Part shown: piece by piece, positions 10,546 to 21,027 of the stretch | Layout of the letters: each line of letters starts with the position of its first letter | Numbering within the stretch: position 1 is the first letter of the stretch | Origin: Candidatus Levyibacteriota bacterium | Lineage (GTDB): Bacteria; Patescibacteriota; Microgenomatia; Levybacterales; UBA12049 | DNA length: 64,000 nucleotides | Assembly: GCA_003152105.1 (NCBI GenBank) | Contig: PLZJ01000003.1 | Location: 70,899-134,898 of the forward strand | Reading direction: 5' to 3' | The notes under the pieces: generated by a model | The model's input: the letters and a program-made list of their open reading frames with translations, nothing else | Database searches by the model: none | What the model was told of the DNA's origin: nothing | Made by a program: the position numbers and the translations under genes

Positions 10546-10740
10546 CCATATCGGATTATAGCAAACAAAATCTAAAGTAGTTTAAGAATTGTGTAAGAAA
10601 ATAAGAAGTCTCCTCTTATTTTTTCTATCTTTTATTATCCTTTATATAGCAAGCATTTGATGCAAAAACAGAATGTCGAATTATTGACAGACATAAGCTA
10701 ATATGCGATAGTAAGAAAATAAAGATGAGTATACGATTAT

Positions 10741-11832
10741 ATGTTCAATAAAGCATGGCACTGGTATAAAACGCGAGACCTTTTCTTAAAATTATTACTC
10801 CCAATAGTTATTATTCTGATTATCTGCATGCCAATTGCTGCGCAATTTGCCCTGTCTACGCAAAATTTTGCTCAAACTCCTAATTACCAGTTGTATTATC
10901 ATCCTACAAAATATACGTTTTTACATAAAGTTGGCGTCTTCTCACTTGCCCAAACCCTTGACAAGACAACTGATAGTCAGCTCGCAAAAGCAAGATCGCT
11001 TGGTATATCTTTTACAACGCACACCTATATTATTCCAGGAACACCTCTCTATATTTTATTTGAGAAATATCACATGCATTATCTTGATGTTTCACCACTT
11101 TTGTATCTTGAGTCTGTATGTGGCACACAAGCAGTTGCAAATAGTACCTGTCACTTAGGAAGTGCCCAAGAAAAATTATTCTTGTCTGAAATCTCTAAAC
11201 ATTTACAGGACACAAAAAATGATCCGCTTATTGTAGGCTACTATACACTCGACACATATATTGGTAATGTACAAAACTCTTTGACAGATTCTCATTTGCT
11301 TATCCAAAAAGCAAATCAATTCTCATCTGTAAAGCGGGGAACAATATGCGGTTTTTATGCACCACTTGATAATGTAAACGAAAATGCGAGTAGATCATAT
11401 TTTGATCAAGCAGTTGCAAACTATGCACCCTTGGCCTGTGATTCTGTTGCAATTTTTTCCTATGCAGTATCAGGAAACGCAGTTGATAGTAGTTCTATTG
11501 ATTGGTCTATGACAAATTTATTGCCCTATGTGTTTGCAAAGCTACAAAGCAATGGTTGGGATCAGTCAAAAAACAATATAATTGGCGTTTCGCAAACATA
11601 TGTAAATACACAAAAAGATCAAAGCCAAGAAGCATGGACTGCCCCTACTGCAGAAGCTATTGCCTTGCAAATGGAAAGTTATTGTAAAAATGGTGCAGTA
11701 AATATACTTACCTATGCATGGGGTAGTGATATGTCATCGGGAGTAGATGATCTGCAAAATACTAGTTCATTTCAAAATGGCTTTATAAACGGCGTTGCTG
11801 CTTGTTCGAAAATCTGGCAAATAGGAAAATAA
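10741..11832 (+). CDS. secreted or membrane-anchored protein, possibly glycoside hydrolase-like
   Basis: N-terminal TM; DPLIVGYYTLD pattern resembling TIM-barrel GHs. Confidence 0.5.
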   Translation: MFNKAWHWYKTRDLFLKLLLPIVIILIICMPIAAQFALSTQNFAQTPNYQLYYHPTKYTFLHKVGVFSLAQTLDKTTDSQLAKARSLGISFTTHTYIIPGTPLYILFEKYHMHYLDVSPLLYLESVCGTQAVANSTCHLGSAQEKLFLSEISKHLQDTKNDPLIVGYYTLDTYIGNVQNSLTDSHLLIQKANQFSSVKRGTICGFYAPLDNVNENASRSYFDQAVANYAPLACDSVAIFSYAVSGNAVDSSSIDWSMTNLLPYVFAKLQSNGWDQSKNNIIGVSQTYVNTQKDQSQEAWTAPTAEAIALQMESYCKNGAVNILTYAWGSDMSSGVDDLQNTSSFQNGFINGVAACSKIWQIGK

Positions 11833-11837
11833 CCTCG

Positions 11838-12284
11838 TTACTTCGCCAGTGCTTCAAGTATAAAGTCAGGAATGGCAATTGGCTTGCTTTCTCCTTGTAT
11901 CATTCCAACATCAAGTGTTGCGTCTATTGCAATGCGCGTATTTTTCAAAAGCATCTGGTGAAAAGTAAGCAAAGTAAATTTAGGACTTGAAACATGTGTT
12001 TGAATAGAAACGCTGTCTCCTTCATATACTTGTTCTCGGTAACGAATATTTGCTTTGCGAAGTACAAATTTTAGTTGTTGTTCTTTTTGAAGCCGCAACA
12101 TATCAAGGCCATTTTCTGCAAAAAGCGAAACTCTTTCCGCTTCAAAATAATATAATACGCCTGGGTGATGCAAGTGTCCTCCATACGGATCTATAAACTG
12201 ATCATCAACAGTTAAGTCACAAGACCGAGTTTGGAGTATATGTTGGGCAAGTAATTCTCCTGCTTGTTCTTTTCTCATAGTCAA
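11838..12284 (-). CDS. acyl-CoA thioesterase (YbgC/4HBT hot-dog fold)
   Basis: IDPYGGHLHH...YFEAER; C-terminal PIAIPD. Confidence 0.8.
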   Translation of the reverse strand: MTMRKEQAGELLAQHILQTRSCDLTVDDQFIDPYGGHLHHPGVLYYFEAERVSLFAENGLDMLRLQKEQQLKFVLRKANIRYREQVYEGDSVSIQTHVSSPKFTLLTFHQMLLKNTRIAIDATLDVGMIQGESKPIAIPDFILEALAK

Positions 12285-12386
12285 CTAACAAATGCGCAAT
12301 GAGTGGTTCGCTCATGTGTGCAATTGTAACATGAAACAATATATTTACAAGAAAAGAGTAAACAAGAAGATATATTCGTTTTCTTC

Positions 12387-13202
12387 TTACTGTGGTAATA
12401 CACGTGCAACGGCAAACTGTGCGCGAGAAAGAGAACTTGCAAGCTGGGTGTATGTAGCTTTTGCGTCTTCTGTACTTCCTTTTCTGCTAAAAAATCCGTT
12501 CTTTATTTCCGAACTACTCAATACACGAGGCACGGGTGTGGGATTTGTGGGGTCTTCAAACGTTTTTGTTGCAGTTAAGTTATTTCGTTTTGAAACATAT
12601 GTTTCATTTTGCAATTGTTTTTGCCCATATTTTGTTCCATTATCAACATTTTTTTCATTTGTACTTGTTAAGGTATACGCATCTCCCACTTTTGTAATTA
12701 AAAATTCATATCCACCTTGGTTATCAGCAGGTGAGGTATAGGTATACGATTCAACCGTATATCTTCCTTTTTGCATTATTTTAGTTAGTCCTGACATTTT
12801 TAGCTTATCAAAAAATGCAACTAAATCATCATGAGAATGTTGTAAATATCCTGACCTATCATTCTTATATGAAACTTCTGGCTTTTGTGTTTCAGATAGC
12901 TTTGGGGGTGTTTGTGGTAAAGCATCCTGGTTTACCGGATTTGGAAGAGGTTGAGCAGATGGTTCTGGTAAAGGTTGATTTTGCGCTGCTTTCATTTTTA
13001 ATATTCGAAGTTCTTCTTCTGCTTTATCAATTGCTTCTTGTGTTTGTGAGGCTGGAGCAGAGAGTATTTCAGCTGGTTGCTTAAGTTTTGCTTGCTCAAT
13101 TATTGCTTCTGCATCTTTTACATCAGGAGCTGGCGGAGCTGCTGCTGCTTCTTGCGAAGTTGTCGATTGGACTACTTGTGGTTGTTCAGTAACACTTTCC
13201 AT
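12387..13202 (-). CDS. hypothetical protein with Pro/Gln/Ala-rich N-terminus
   Basis: 271-aa ORF; TTGACA promoter upstream. Confidence 0.65.
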   Translation of the reverse strand: MESVTEQPQVVQSTTSQEAAAAPPAPDVKDAEAIIEQAKLKQPAEILSAPASQTQEAIDKAEEELRILKMKAAQNQPLPEPSAQPLPNPVNQDALPQTPPKLSETQKPEVSYKNDRSGYLQHSHDDLVAFFDKLKMSGLTKIMQKGRYTVESYTYTSPADNQGGYEFLITKVGDAYTLTSTNEKNVDNGTKYGQKQLQNETYVSKRNNLTATKTFEDPTNPTPVPRVLSSSEIKNGFFSRKGSTEDAKATYTQLASSLSRAQFAVARVLPQ

Positions 13203-13282
13203 TACTATATTAAGAATAGAAAAGTTTTACTATATTGTCAATAAAAGACGGACATTGATAATTGTATAGGAATTGGGGAGTA

Positions 13283-13552
13283 CTACTTGTCTAAATATAC
13301 ATCGTCAATATAACAGTAGGTAAATGTCTCCTCAGGAGAAACAGATTTCATAATTGGATGGTTTGTCTTGTCAAAATGTTTTTGTGCATGTTTGTTTTTT
13401 GAACTATTACAACAGCCAACATGACCGCACGTTAAACATTGTCTAAGATATACCCATGTATCTCCTGTTTTTATACAATCTTCACACACGGTGATATCTT
13501 TTTTAGGAAGCGGTTTTATTTGATCTTCATGTATGCACTTTTTTGTATCCAT
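13283..13552 (-). CDS. UBP-type zinc finger protein
   Basis: CEDC...WVYLRQCLTCGHVGCCNSSKNKHAQKHF. Confidence 0.92.
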   Translation of the reverse strand: MDTKKCIHEDQIKPLPKKDITVCEDCIKTGDTWVYLRQCLTCGHVGCCNSSKNKHAQKHFDKTNHPIMKSVSPEETFTYCYIDDVYLDK

Positions 13553-13607
13553 ACATAAAGTGTAGCAGAGGATCGTAAGTTATTTGTAAGAAAGTATGTG
13601 GTAGAAT

Positions 13608-13859
13608 GTGAAAATGTCAGAACTGTGCAGTAATTGTGATTTTGCTAGTCACTGTATTCAAAAAGAAAAAATGAATCAAGTAGGTCGTGATGCAAAAGAA
13701 AATAAGTGGAGCAATACGAAACTTAAAGCAGTTACTGCTCCTCCCATTGCCATGGCAGATGTAAATGGGTGTCCTCAACTTGACGAAATACTCGCTAGAC
13801 AAACTGAAATATTTGCAGCACGTAAAGCACAAATTACCAGATCATCAAAAAGCAGATAA
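13608..13859 (+). CDS. hypothetical Cys-motif protein
   Basis: CSNCDFASHC. Confidence 0.5.
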   Translation: MKMSELCSNCDFASHCIQKEKMNQVGRDAKENKWSNTKLKAVTAPPIAMADVNGCPQLDEILARQTEIFAARKAQITRSSKSR

Positions 13860-13971
13860 CAAAATGTATTTACGTTTATAGAATCTTCTAACGTTCTTCA
13901 CTCCTTCGAGCATGTACCCGCTCAAGCTTTACGTATTGACAATACGTAAATATTTGCTATAACACAACTAT

Positions 13972-14265
13972 ATGACAGAAAAAGCAGGAGCTATACACAT
14001 TCCAATTCGAGCAAGAATAGGTCGCGTGTTACATAATTTAGCAGAAGATGGAAAAGTTGGAAGAGCTATACAGCTTGGAAGAGAACGTGTTCCACAATAT
14101 ATCTCCAAAGAAGAACTTGCTGCTTCCTATAGCGCCCGCCCTAACAAACAAGAAAGAGAGCCGGCTACTTCTGGCTTAGAATTCTGGCAACCGCAATATG
14201 TAGGAGGAATGATTGTTCCAATAATCAAAGAAGAGGTGCAAGAACCTACAGATACTACTTCATAA
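13972..14265 (+). CDS. hypothetical protein
   Basis: TTGACA / TGCTATAAC promoter directly upstream. Confidence 0.6.
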   Translation: MTEKAGAIHIPIRARIGRVLHNLAEDGKVGRAIQLGRERVPQYISKEELAASYSARPNKQEREPATSGLEFWQPQYVGGMIVPIIKEEVQEPTDTTS

Positions 14266-14335
14266 AGGAACGCTTTCGTACTCGTGTTTTCCAATACTCC
14301 ATAAACTAAGTGTGAACTTTTGCTATACTACGTTT

Positions 14336-14752
14336 ATGGATAATAAACAGATAGTTGCTAATTTTCTTAAAAAACACAAATTAGCTGTCATTTCAACTGT
14401 TTCAAATAATAAACCGGAATCAGCTGTGCTTGAATTTGCAGAAACAGATAAGCTCTAAATAATAATCGATACATTTACTACTTCACGAAAATACAAAAAT
14501 AGTAAAAATAATTCGAATGTATCTCTTGTTATTGGATGGGATGAAAATATAACAATGCAATATGAAGGATTAATTGAAGAACTAATTGGAGATGCAGCAC
14601 TACATTACAAAGAAATATATTGGAAGAAAAATCCAGAAGCGAAGCAATGGGCTGATAAAGAAAATATCGCGTATCTAAAGATTACTCCTACATGGATACG
14701 ATATACTGATCTAAATAAACATCCTTGGGATATATTTGAAATATCATTCTAA
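14336..14752 (+). pseudogene. pyridoxamine 5'-phosphate oxidase family protein with an in-frame stop
   Basis: MDNKQIVANFLKKHKLAVISTVSNNKPESA...; TAA at 14456-14458; the same frame continues SRKYKN...VSLVIGWDE. Confidence 0.8.
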
Positions 14753-14807
14753 TAATATACACCTCTAAGCTACCCCAATCTTTTTTAACTCTGCTATACT
14801 TTACATA

Positions 14808-15386
14808 ATGGAACCAGGAATTTCGAAAAGTAAATCAAAAACTGAGCGCGAAGTAGAAAAACTATCCCACGTCATAAGTCGTGTTGAAAAAATTGAATCC
14901 CACTTAGAAGCAGCGGTTGATAGAGAAGAAAAAGAAATTGTACATATTCAAAAAAATGAAAAAGAAATTGAAAAAACAGTAAAGTTACTTGGGAAAGTAG
15001 CAATAAAAAGAGATCATTTACTAGAATTTGCAAGAGGAGTAGCTGGTGCATTTTTTGGCGTTGGTCTTGGACAAATATTTGGTGTCAGTGTTAAACTGGC
15101 TGCTACACTACCATGGTTTAATATTATCGGCATACTACTTTTTATATTTATACTGGTTGGGATATTAATATATAGAAAAGACATGGATATATTAAAAAAT
15201 AAACATGATAGGTTACAACATATTGCAAAACGATTGTTTGCACTATATGCAATTGCAATAATAGTACAGTTAATTGGCTTATTTCTTTTTAACGATTTAC
15301 CAAGTTCTCTAGTTTTGCTATTAAAAGCATTAATTATTGGATCATTTGCATCAATGTCAGCTGCTGCTGCATTTACCCTCTTTTAA
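14808..15386 (+). CDS. membrane protein with N-terminal coiled coil (DUF2391-like)
   Basis: Charged N-terminus followed by 4 TM helices. Confidence 0.6.
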   Translation: MEPGISKSKSKTEREVEKLSHVISRVEKIESHLEAAVDREEKEIVHIQKNEKEIEKTVKLLGKVAIKRDHLLEFARGVAGAFFGVGLGQIFGVSVKLAATLPWFNIIGILLFIFILVGILIYRKDMDILKNKHDRLQHIAKRLFALYAIAIIVQLIGLFLFNDLPSSLVLLLKALIIGSFASMSAAAAFTLF

Positions 15387-15439
15387 CATAAAACAACTAG
15401 CTGCATGGGTTTATCTACTTACAATGATATAATTTGTTT

Positions 15440-16117
15440 ATGTCAGATAGGATTGCAGAAGCTGTAGAACGAGGGAGAGAGAAACTATTAGGACCCAGAG
15501 TGGTAAATTTTAACAATGGTATGCAACTTGTTATAAAAATTAATGTACCACAACCTTCAATTACTTTGCAAAAGGATTCGAAAATGCTTTTAGATCTTCG
15601 AACTTTTGCCCCAGAAGGAACACATATTAGATATAATCCGGGTGGAAAATGGGGTGCAATGCTTGGCAATGAAACACAAAGTCCAAGCATATTAATTGGG
15701 AAATTTAAAGGCGTTGATTCAGCACTTGATTTCCTTCATGAATGTGGACATTTACACAATGAAACATTAACTGATCTAGCATTAACTGCAGAGAGGCGAT
15801 ACTCAGAACAATATTTTGGCAAAGTTCCAAGTGACCATAGTAAAGAAAGGATACAGGCATTAAAACAAAGACACGAAGCGGTAATGTATTCTGAAAGAAA
15901 CGCATGGGCATTTTCACTAAGAACAGTAAGAAATCTTGAAAGAGAATTTGGTGTAAATATACTTGAGCAAATGCACGGAAATGATGGATTACTATCTTAT
16001 ATTAATAACTACTTGAGAGAATACGAATCTCAAACAATGACTGAACTTGAGTATTTAGATCTTCCAGTAGTTACGTTTGATCAAATGAGAGATATGCTTT
16101 CCACATTAGTTAGTTAA
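15440..16117 (+). CDS. hypothetical HExxH metallopeptidase-like protein
   Basis: FLHECGH and downstream SERNAW. Confidence 0.55.
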   Translation: MSDRIAEAVERGREKLLGPRVVNFNNGMQLVIKINVPQPSITLQKDSKMLLDLRTFAPEGTHIRYNPGGKWGAMLGNETQSPSILIGKFKGVDSALDFLHECGHLHNETLTDLALTAERRYSEQYFGKVPSDHSKERIQALKQRHEAVMYSERNAWAFSLRTVRNLEREFGVNILEQMHGNDGLLSYINNYLREYESQTMTELEYLDLPVVTFDQMRDMLSTLVS

Positions 16118-16174
16118 ATTAGCTTCTTTTTACGATCTAAACTTTGGTCGTTATGCTTCTGATATAATTACTAT

Positions 16175-17200
16175 ATGAACAATACATTAACTGCTTTGAC
16201 TGGAGTTAAGGTAGGCCACGCCACTGATGCAGAAAACCTTACTGGATGTACTGTTATTCTTTTTGATAAGAAATATCCAGTAGTTTCTAAATCATATGGA
16301 GGAGCACCAGGAACTTTTAATACGGATATTTCGACAAATGGAAAAAGTTTTGATGAAAGAAATGCAATTTTTATTGCTGGAGGGAGCCTAACAGGTCTCA
16401 TGTCTGCCTCAGATATTATGAAGGGAATGATTGAAAAACACATTGGTGACAAGGATCATAAAATTATAAATCCAAATATTACTGGCGCAATTGTATTTGA
16501 TTTAGGAGTAAGAGTTGCACAATATGATCCAAGCTTAGGTCGAAAAGCTTTAGATAACGTAAGTAGTGAACCAGTTAAAAGAGGCAATGTTGGCGCAGGG
16601 ACAGGAACATCTGTTGGAAAGTTTCAATTTCTGGAAAATGGAACAAAAATTCCTGCTATAAAAGCTGGGGTTGGTTGTGCACTGATCAATGTAGGAAATG
16701 GTGTCATCGTAACAGCCTTAAGCGTCGTAAATGCACTTGGTAATGTTGTAAATCCTGACGGAACAATACTTGCTGGTAATAGGGATACTGAGAAAAAATT
16801 TAAAACGTTTGATGAAACGTCACGCTTTGTTACAAAAGATCTTATGAACACAACAATTTCAGTAGTTGGGGTAAATATTGATTTAAAAACAAGAGAAAAC
16901 TATGAAATAGTAGCCAATATTGCAAGCCATGGCCAAATAAGAGCTATAAATCCGGTTAATACTTCAATTGATGGAGACACAGTATTTGTGTTTTCAACAG
17001 AAGAAAATGATAGATTACTAAATGATTATGGAAAATATTTTAAAACAAGTAGTTGGCCACTTTTTGATGTAGATGTTGTTGGCCAAGCTGCAGCAAAAGC
17101 AGTGCAAGAAAGTATTTATGATGCAGTTTTTCAAGCAGAATCAATTTCCTTTGAAGGAGCATATAACGGTATTATTCCTTCTGTAAAGGATTATAAATAG
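16175..17200 (+). CDS. P1/S58 (DmpA-like) peptidase
   Basis: GVKVGHATD, GGAPGT, GNVGAGTG, NTTISVV, DGDTVF. Confidence 0.9.
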   Translation: MNNTLTALTGVKVGHATDAENLTGCTVILFDKKYPVVSKSYGGAPGTFNTDISTNGKSFDERNAIFIAGGSLTGLMSASDIMKGMIEKHIGDKDHKIINPNITGAIVFDLGVRVAQYDPSLGRKALDNVSSEPVKRGNVGAGTGTSVGKFQFLENGTKIPAIKAGVGCALINVGNGVIVTALSVVNALGNVVNPDGTILAGNRDTEKKFKTFDETSRFVTKDLMNTTISVVGVNIDLKTRENYEIVANIASHGQIRAINPVNTSIDGDTVFVFSTEENDRLLNDYGKYFKTSSWPLFDVDVVGQAAAKAVQESIYDAVFQAESISFEGAYNGIIPSVKDYK

Positions 17201-17341
17201 TAGATACCTTTGCATTACTCTTCTGGAATAGATAAACCTTTTTTAATAAATATCCTTCAAAAGTTTTTTGTACATCTTGTATTTCTTTCTTGACAACAAT
17301 TGGTTGGAGATGAATACTTAAAGAGGAGGGAGGTGAGAAAC

Positions 17342-17545
17342 ATGTTAACGAGTAAACAATATTTCCAAATAACTGGCGTCATTCTTTTTATCGTTGGCCT
17401 CGCTCATTTGATTCGTTTTATAAATGGATGGGAAATTGTAGTGAATGGTTGGTCAGTTCCCGTATGGCTTAGCATTGTTGGCGTTCTTGCTGCTTGGTAT
17501 TTGGCATATAATGCGTGGGTTTTATCCAAAAAGAGCAAAAAGTAG
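17342..17545 (+). CDS. small 2-TM membrane protein
   Basis: GGAGGTG SD; AHLIRFINGW...VPVWLS. Confidence 0.7.
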   Translation: MLTSKQYFQITGVILFIVGLAHLIRFINGWEIVVNGWSVPVWLSIVGVLAAWYLAYNAWVLSKKSKK

Positions 17546-17574
17546 AAGAATGGTTGAGTGTTATTATTCTAGCC

Positions 17575-18177
17575 TTAAGAACTTTTAGTTCTTGCTTGTT
17601 TTAGTAGCTTTGCCCACCAAGTTAATTGATCAAAAAATACAGTTGCGCCTTCAACAAGAGAATTAAATGCATGTGCTCTTTTGTTTTCATCCTCACTAAT
17701 TGCATCCATATACATAGAGAAAAATATATTGATTGATTTTTGAATATTTACCATTTGTAGTTCAACTGCTACAAGACGAAGTTGCTCAATTGAACGTGCT
17801 CCGCCAACACCACCATAACTAACAAAGCCTACTGCTTTTTTATGCCACTGTGGATTTAAATAGTCAATTGCGTTTTTAAGCACTGCTGGAAAACTATGAT
17901 TGTATTCAGGGGTAACAATAATAAAGCCATCTGAAGCAATAATTGCTTGTTCCCATTTTGAAACAAGTGGATCAGTATATGGCTCATTTTTCATTGAAGG
18001 AGATACTGGTTCATTAAATAAAGGGAGTGGAAAATCGCGAAGATCCAAAACGGTAATTTTTAGATCAGTTCTTTTTTTTGCCTGCTCTTGCATCCACGCA
18101 GCTGCTTTTTCAGAAAATCTGCCTGGTCTTGTGCTTCCTATAATTAGAGCAATGTTAAGTGGTTGATTGGTATCCAT
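17575..18177 (-). CDS. NAD(P)H-dependent FMN reductase
   Basis: GSTRPGR, TPEYNHS, LKNAID, SYGGVGGAR. Confidence 0.93.
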   Translation of the reverse strand: MDTNQPLNIALIIGSTRPGRFSEKAAAWMQEQAKKRTDLKITVLDLRDFPLPLFNEPVSPSMKNEPYTDPLVSKWEQAIIASDGFIIVTPEYNHSFPAVLKNAIDYLNPQWHKKAVGFVSYGGVGGARSIEQLRLVAVELQMVNIQKSINIFFSMYMDAISEDENKRAHAFNSLVEGATVFFDQLTWWAKLLKQARTKSS

Positions 18178-18208
18178 ATTTTTGATATAATTACTACAGT
18201 ATGTATAG

Positions 18209-18227
18209 TACTACAACTTTTGTAGTA
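18209..18227. promoter_or_regulatory. putative HxlR operator
   Basis: Palindrome TACTACAA-CTT-TTGTAGTA between the divergent reductase and regulator; weaker copy at 18192-18210. Confidence 0.65.
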
Positions 18228-18248
18228 TTGTCAAGTACCTAAAACGAT

Positions 18249-18545
18249 ATGAATAAATGTACAGCATCAGAATTAAAAATGTTAGGCGATTTCTGGACAC
18301 TTGCAATCATTCAAGCGCTTTCTGATGGGCAAAAACGATTTTGTGAACTTGAACGTGCCGTCAATGTATCTTCTCCAACAACGCTTGCAAACCGATTAAA
18401 AAAATTAGAAGTACAAGGCCTTATTCTAAAACAAAAAGAAACCGTTGATAAATTATCTGTGTCGTATGAGCTTTCTCCAAAAGGCTATGGTATTTTACCT
18501 GTTCTTGAACAAATTCACGTTTTTGCGCGTAAGTTCCTCTCATAA
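18249..18545 (+). CDS. HxlR family winged-helix regulator
   Basis: LGDFWTLAII...RFCEL...LANRLKKLE...YELSPKG. Confidence 0.9.
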   Translation: MNKCTASELKMLGDFWTLAIIQALSDGQKRFCELERAVNVSSPTTLANRLKKLEVQGLILKQKETVDKLSVSYELSPKGYGILPVLEQIHVFARKFLS

Positions 18546-18559
18546 AGTATCCCTTTTTT

Positions 18560-19670
18560 ATTTTAGTTTTCGTTTTTGTAGCATGTAGTTTCTGTTTGTG
18601 GGTTTGTTGTTGTTATTTACTTTTTGTGTGTGTAAGTCGGGATGGTGAATAAGAGAAGCGCAGGGCGCAAAGGTGCGTTGAAAGCACAAACTCTTACTCA
18701 CCAACCCGGGAGACTTACTAAAAACAATGAAAAAGACCCGTTTGGATCAAAAAGGTCTCAATAGAGGTGTTGACGATGTAATTGAACGACTCCGATCTTC
18801 TTGTATGAAGGGCAATAATGTGTGGCTGTCTAGGACCCGGCAAAAGCTGAGTGCATATGACATGTAGATGCCCCTTTGGTTACGTCGCGGATGTGAACCA
18901 CGATTATTTTTTGTGTAGCGATCGGAACTACTCGATTTTCTCAGACTGAGTCAGTTTAGGCGGTGGCCGAGCTATGCCAAAATGCAAACCTTTTCTTCTC
19001 CGTATAAACAGTGAATTTTGACGTGCATGTGTCATGCTGAAGCGAACTTACGCAGCAGCTCGAAAGGGATCGGTGGTTGTGACGTCTGCCATACAGGTAG
19101 CGCAGATTGCGTTTCGAACGAGTGCTCGTACAACAGTACTAACGTGTCTGCCCTTGACCAGCCCGAAAGATTCCAGAACATGGAAATATTTCGCAGGATA
19201 TGTCAGAGCTTCAGCACGTCGACCATTGCAGAGAAGATGAAGGACATATGTTGCCACATGTTCTCCTCGCTGCACAAGTCTATTGATCTTGGCATGAACT
19301 GCTTCGATCTGCTCTCTTGAATACGTACTCCCATCTTTTAACGTCACGCGTTCTTTTGCCACAGTGAATCCCCACATGATATGAATTTGACGGTGATTTA
19401 GATACTACGCTTGCAACTTTTCAGTGACTGTGTCTGTGAATTATTCGTTTAAACGTTCAATTTGTATTCCCTCTTTTCTTGAAAAATTTGTCATAGAAGA
19501 TGACTTTTTGCATATAAAATACTTCTATACAAAAAGTCACCTACTATGGTTTTTTCGCTATTGTTTTTAGTAATGTCAAAGTGCAATTAATTCTTTGTAT
19601 ACAAGCAAAACGGCTTTTGTTTTGCAGTACGCAGACAGTATAGCAAAAGTATATTTCATACTCAACTGTA
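18560..19670 (-). other. boxA-leader cassette 2
   Basis: TATACT 19642, AGCCGT 19615, boxA-like 19585-19573, 3' structure 18632-18718. Confidence 0.75.
19048..19377 (-). CDS. orphan protein (cassette 2)
   Basis: ORF on the cassette strand; alternative GTG start at 19362. Confidence 0.55.
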   Translation of the reverse strand: MWGFTVAKERVTLKDGSTYSREQIEAVHAKINRLVQRGEHVATYVLHLLCNGRRAEALTYPAKYFHVLESFGLVKGRHVSTVVRALVRNAICATCMADVTTTDPFRAAA

Positions 19671-19719
19671 CAAATGGCGTACAATTGACAGAATGCGAAA
19701 AGATCGACATACTAAGACT

Positions 19720-20229
19720 ATGCAAAAAATTACACATCATTTCAGTTCAGAAAGTAATAAAGTAATATTTTTTGCTCTTATTGTATTTTTACTTCTTGCC
19801 CTATATATGCTTTTAGTACTACTTTTTGATAGAACAAGTCCAGTTGGAAAAATGGGTGAGAAATTTGGCATCTTACCAATTACCCCAACATTTACTCCTG
19901 CACCAAGCGTTATACCCTCCAATGACAATTTAACAATAACAAATGCGCAGGATGGACAAACATTTTATGTTGTTGTTGGGTCAAATGTAGGACTTATTTT
20001 AGACGCAGATAAAACGTCCTCTTATGTAAACCTTGATAATAGGTCAGATGTGCTTGTTGCGCATGAAAAGCCATTTTTAGATTCCGTACATCAAAAACTT
20101 GAAGTAGTATATCACGCACAAAAAGCAGGAAAAGCTCGACTTCAATACTATATTACAACACCTTGTGGAATACCAGGATGTAGTGTCAAAACCTCACTCT
20201 TTCATGTGTATGTAGATGTAGTAAACTGA
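19720..20229 (+). CDS. membrane-anchored protein with a chagasin/I42-like domain
   Basis: TM, PT linker, ITNAQDGQTFYVVVG...AQKAGKA...FHVYVDV. Confidence 0.55.
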   Translation: MQKITHHFSSESNKVIFFALIVFLLLALYMLLVLLFDRTSPVGKMGEKFGILPITPTFTPAPSVIPSNDNLTITNAQDGQTFYVVVGSNVGLILDADKTSSYVNLDNRSDVLVAHEKPFLDSVHQKLEVVYHAQKAGKARLQYYITTPCGIPGCSVKTSLFHVYVDVVN

Positions 20230-20317
20230 TATTCCTTCCTTTGATTTGTGTTCATTTTGTAATAGCAACATAGCGTCTCTTGACTACACGTTATAAAAAC
20301 TAGATAATCCACATGGT

Positions 20318-20656
20318 ATGGTTGTTTACGCAAAAGATACTACAAAAATTTCAACAATTGGCGGAGAAATTTTTGACTATCCAATGCCAAATGAAGAAAT
20401 TGGTATTTCATATCAAACACTACATGGTCGAGGACCAATTAAGAATAACTATCTAAATACCGTTTGTCATGAAATATATGTCATTATCTCCGGTACTGCA
20501 GTGTTTACCATAAAAGGCAAAGCATTTTCAGTTGAACCAAAAGACATGGTAATTATTGAACCAAACACCCCTCATTTTATACAAGCTAATCACTTGGTAT
20601 ATTTTACAATTACTCGTCCAAATTGGTATGAAAGCCAGTATAAGGAAGTTGCGTAA
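20318..20656 (+). CDS. cupin domain protein
   Basis: EIYVIISG...DMVIIEPNTPH. Confidence 0.8.
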   Translation: MVVYAKDTTKISTIGGEIFDYPMPNEEIGISYQTLHGRGPIKNNYLNTVCHEIYVIISGTAVFTIKGKAFSVEPKDMVIIEPNTPHFIQANHLVYFTITRPNWYESQYKEVA

Positions 20657-20667
20657 GTATACTTTCT

Positions 20668-21024
20668 CTATTTTTTCTCTTTAATTCTATTGATTCTATG
20701 CGTAATAATTTCTACGAGAAGCTCTTTTGCAATAGGTTTATCAAAAGGAACTTGTACTGCGCCTTTTGAATAGGAAATATTCGCCTTGTTTAGTTTGTCT
20801 TTAAAAAGTGCAATTTCTTCACCACCATAAGGATAAATACCAATGTGACTTTTGTGTGCATTAAATCCTAAAAATGAAGTTCCTTTCCACGATAAGGTTG
20901 GCATACCATAAGATATGACTTCTTTTGCATTTGGAACAAGTTGCTTTGCAATTGTTTTAATTCGAATAAGTTCTGCTCTCTTATCAGGCTCAATTGTTGT
21001 AAGATAATCGTCAATAACACTCAT
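20668..21024 (-). CDS. DUF1801/YdhG family protein
   Basis: IDDYL...EVISYGMPT...KSHIGIYP. Confidence 0.88.
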   Translation of the reverse strand: MSVIDDYLTTIEPDKRAELIRIKTIAKQLVPNAKEVISYGMPTLSWKGTSFLGFNAHKSHIGIYPYGGEEIALFKDKLNKANISYSKGAVQVPFDKPIAKELLVEIITHRINRIKEKK

Positions 21025-21027
21025 ATA

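Noticed and set aside
12292..13084. Antisense ORFs here and many similar short shadow ORFs elsewhere
   Set aside because: They lie opposite or inside better-supported genes.
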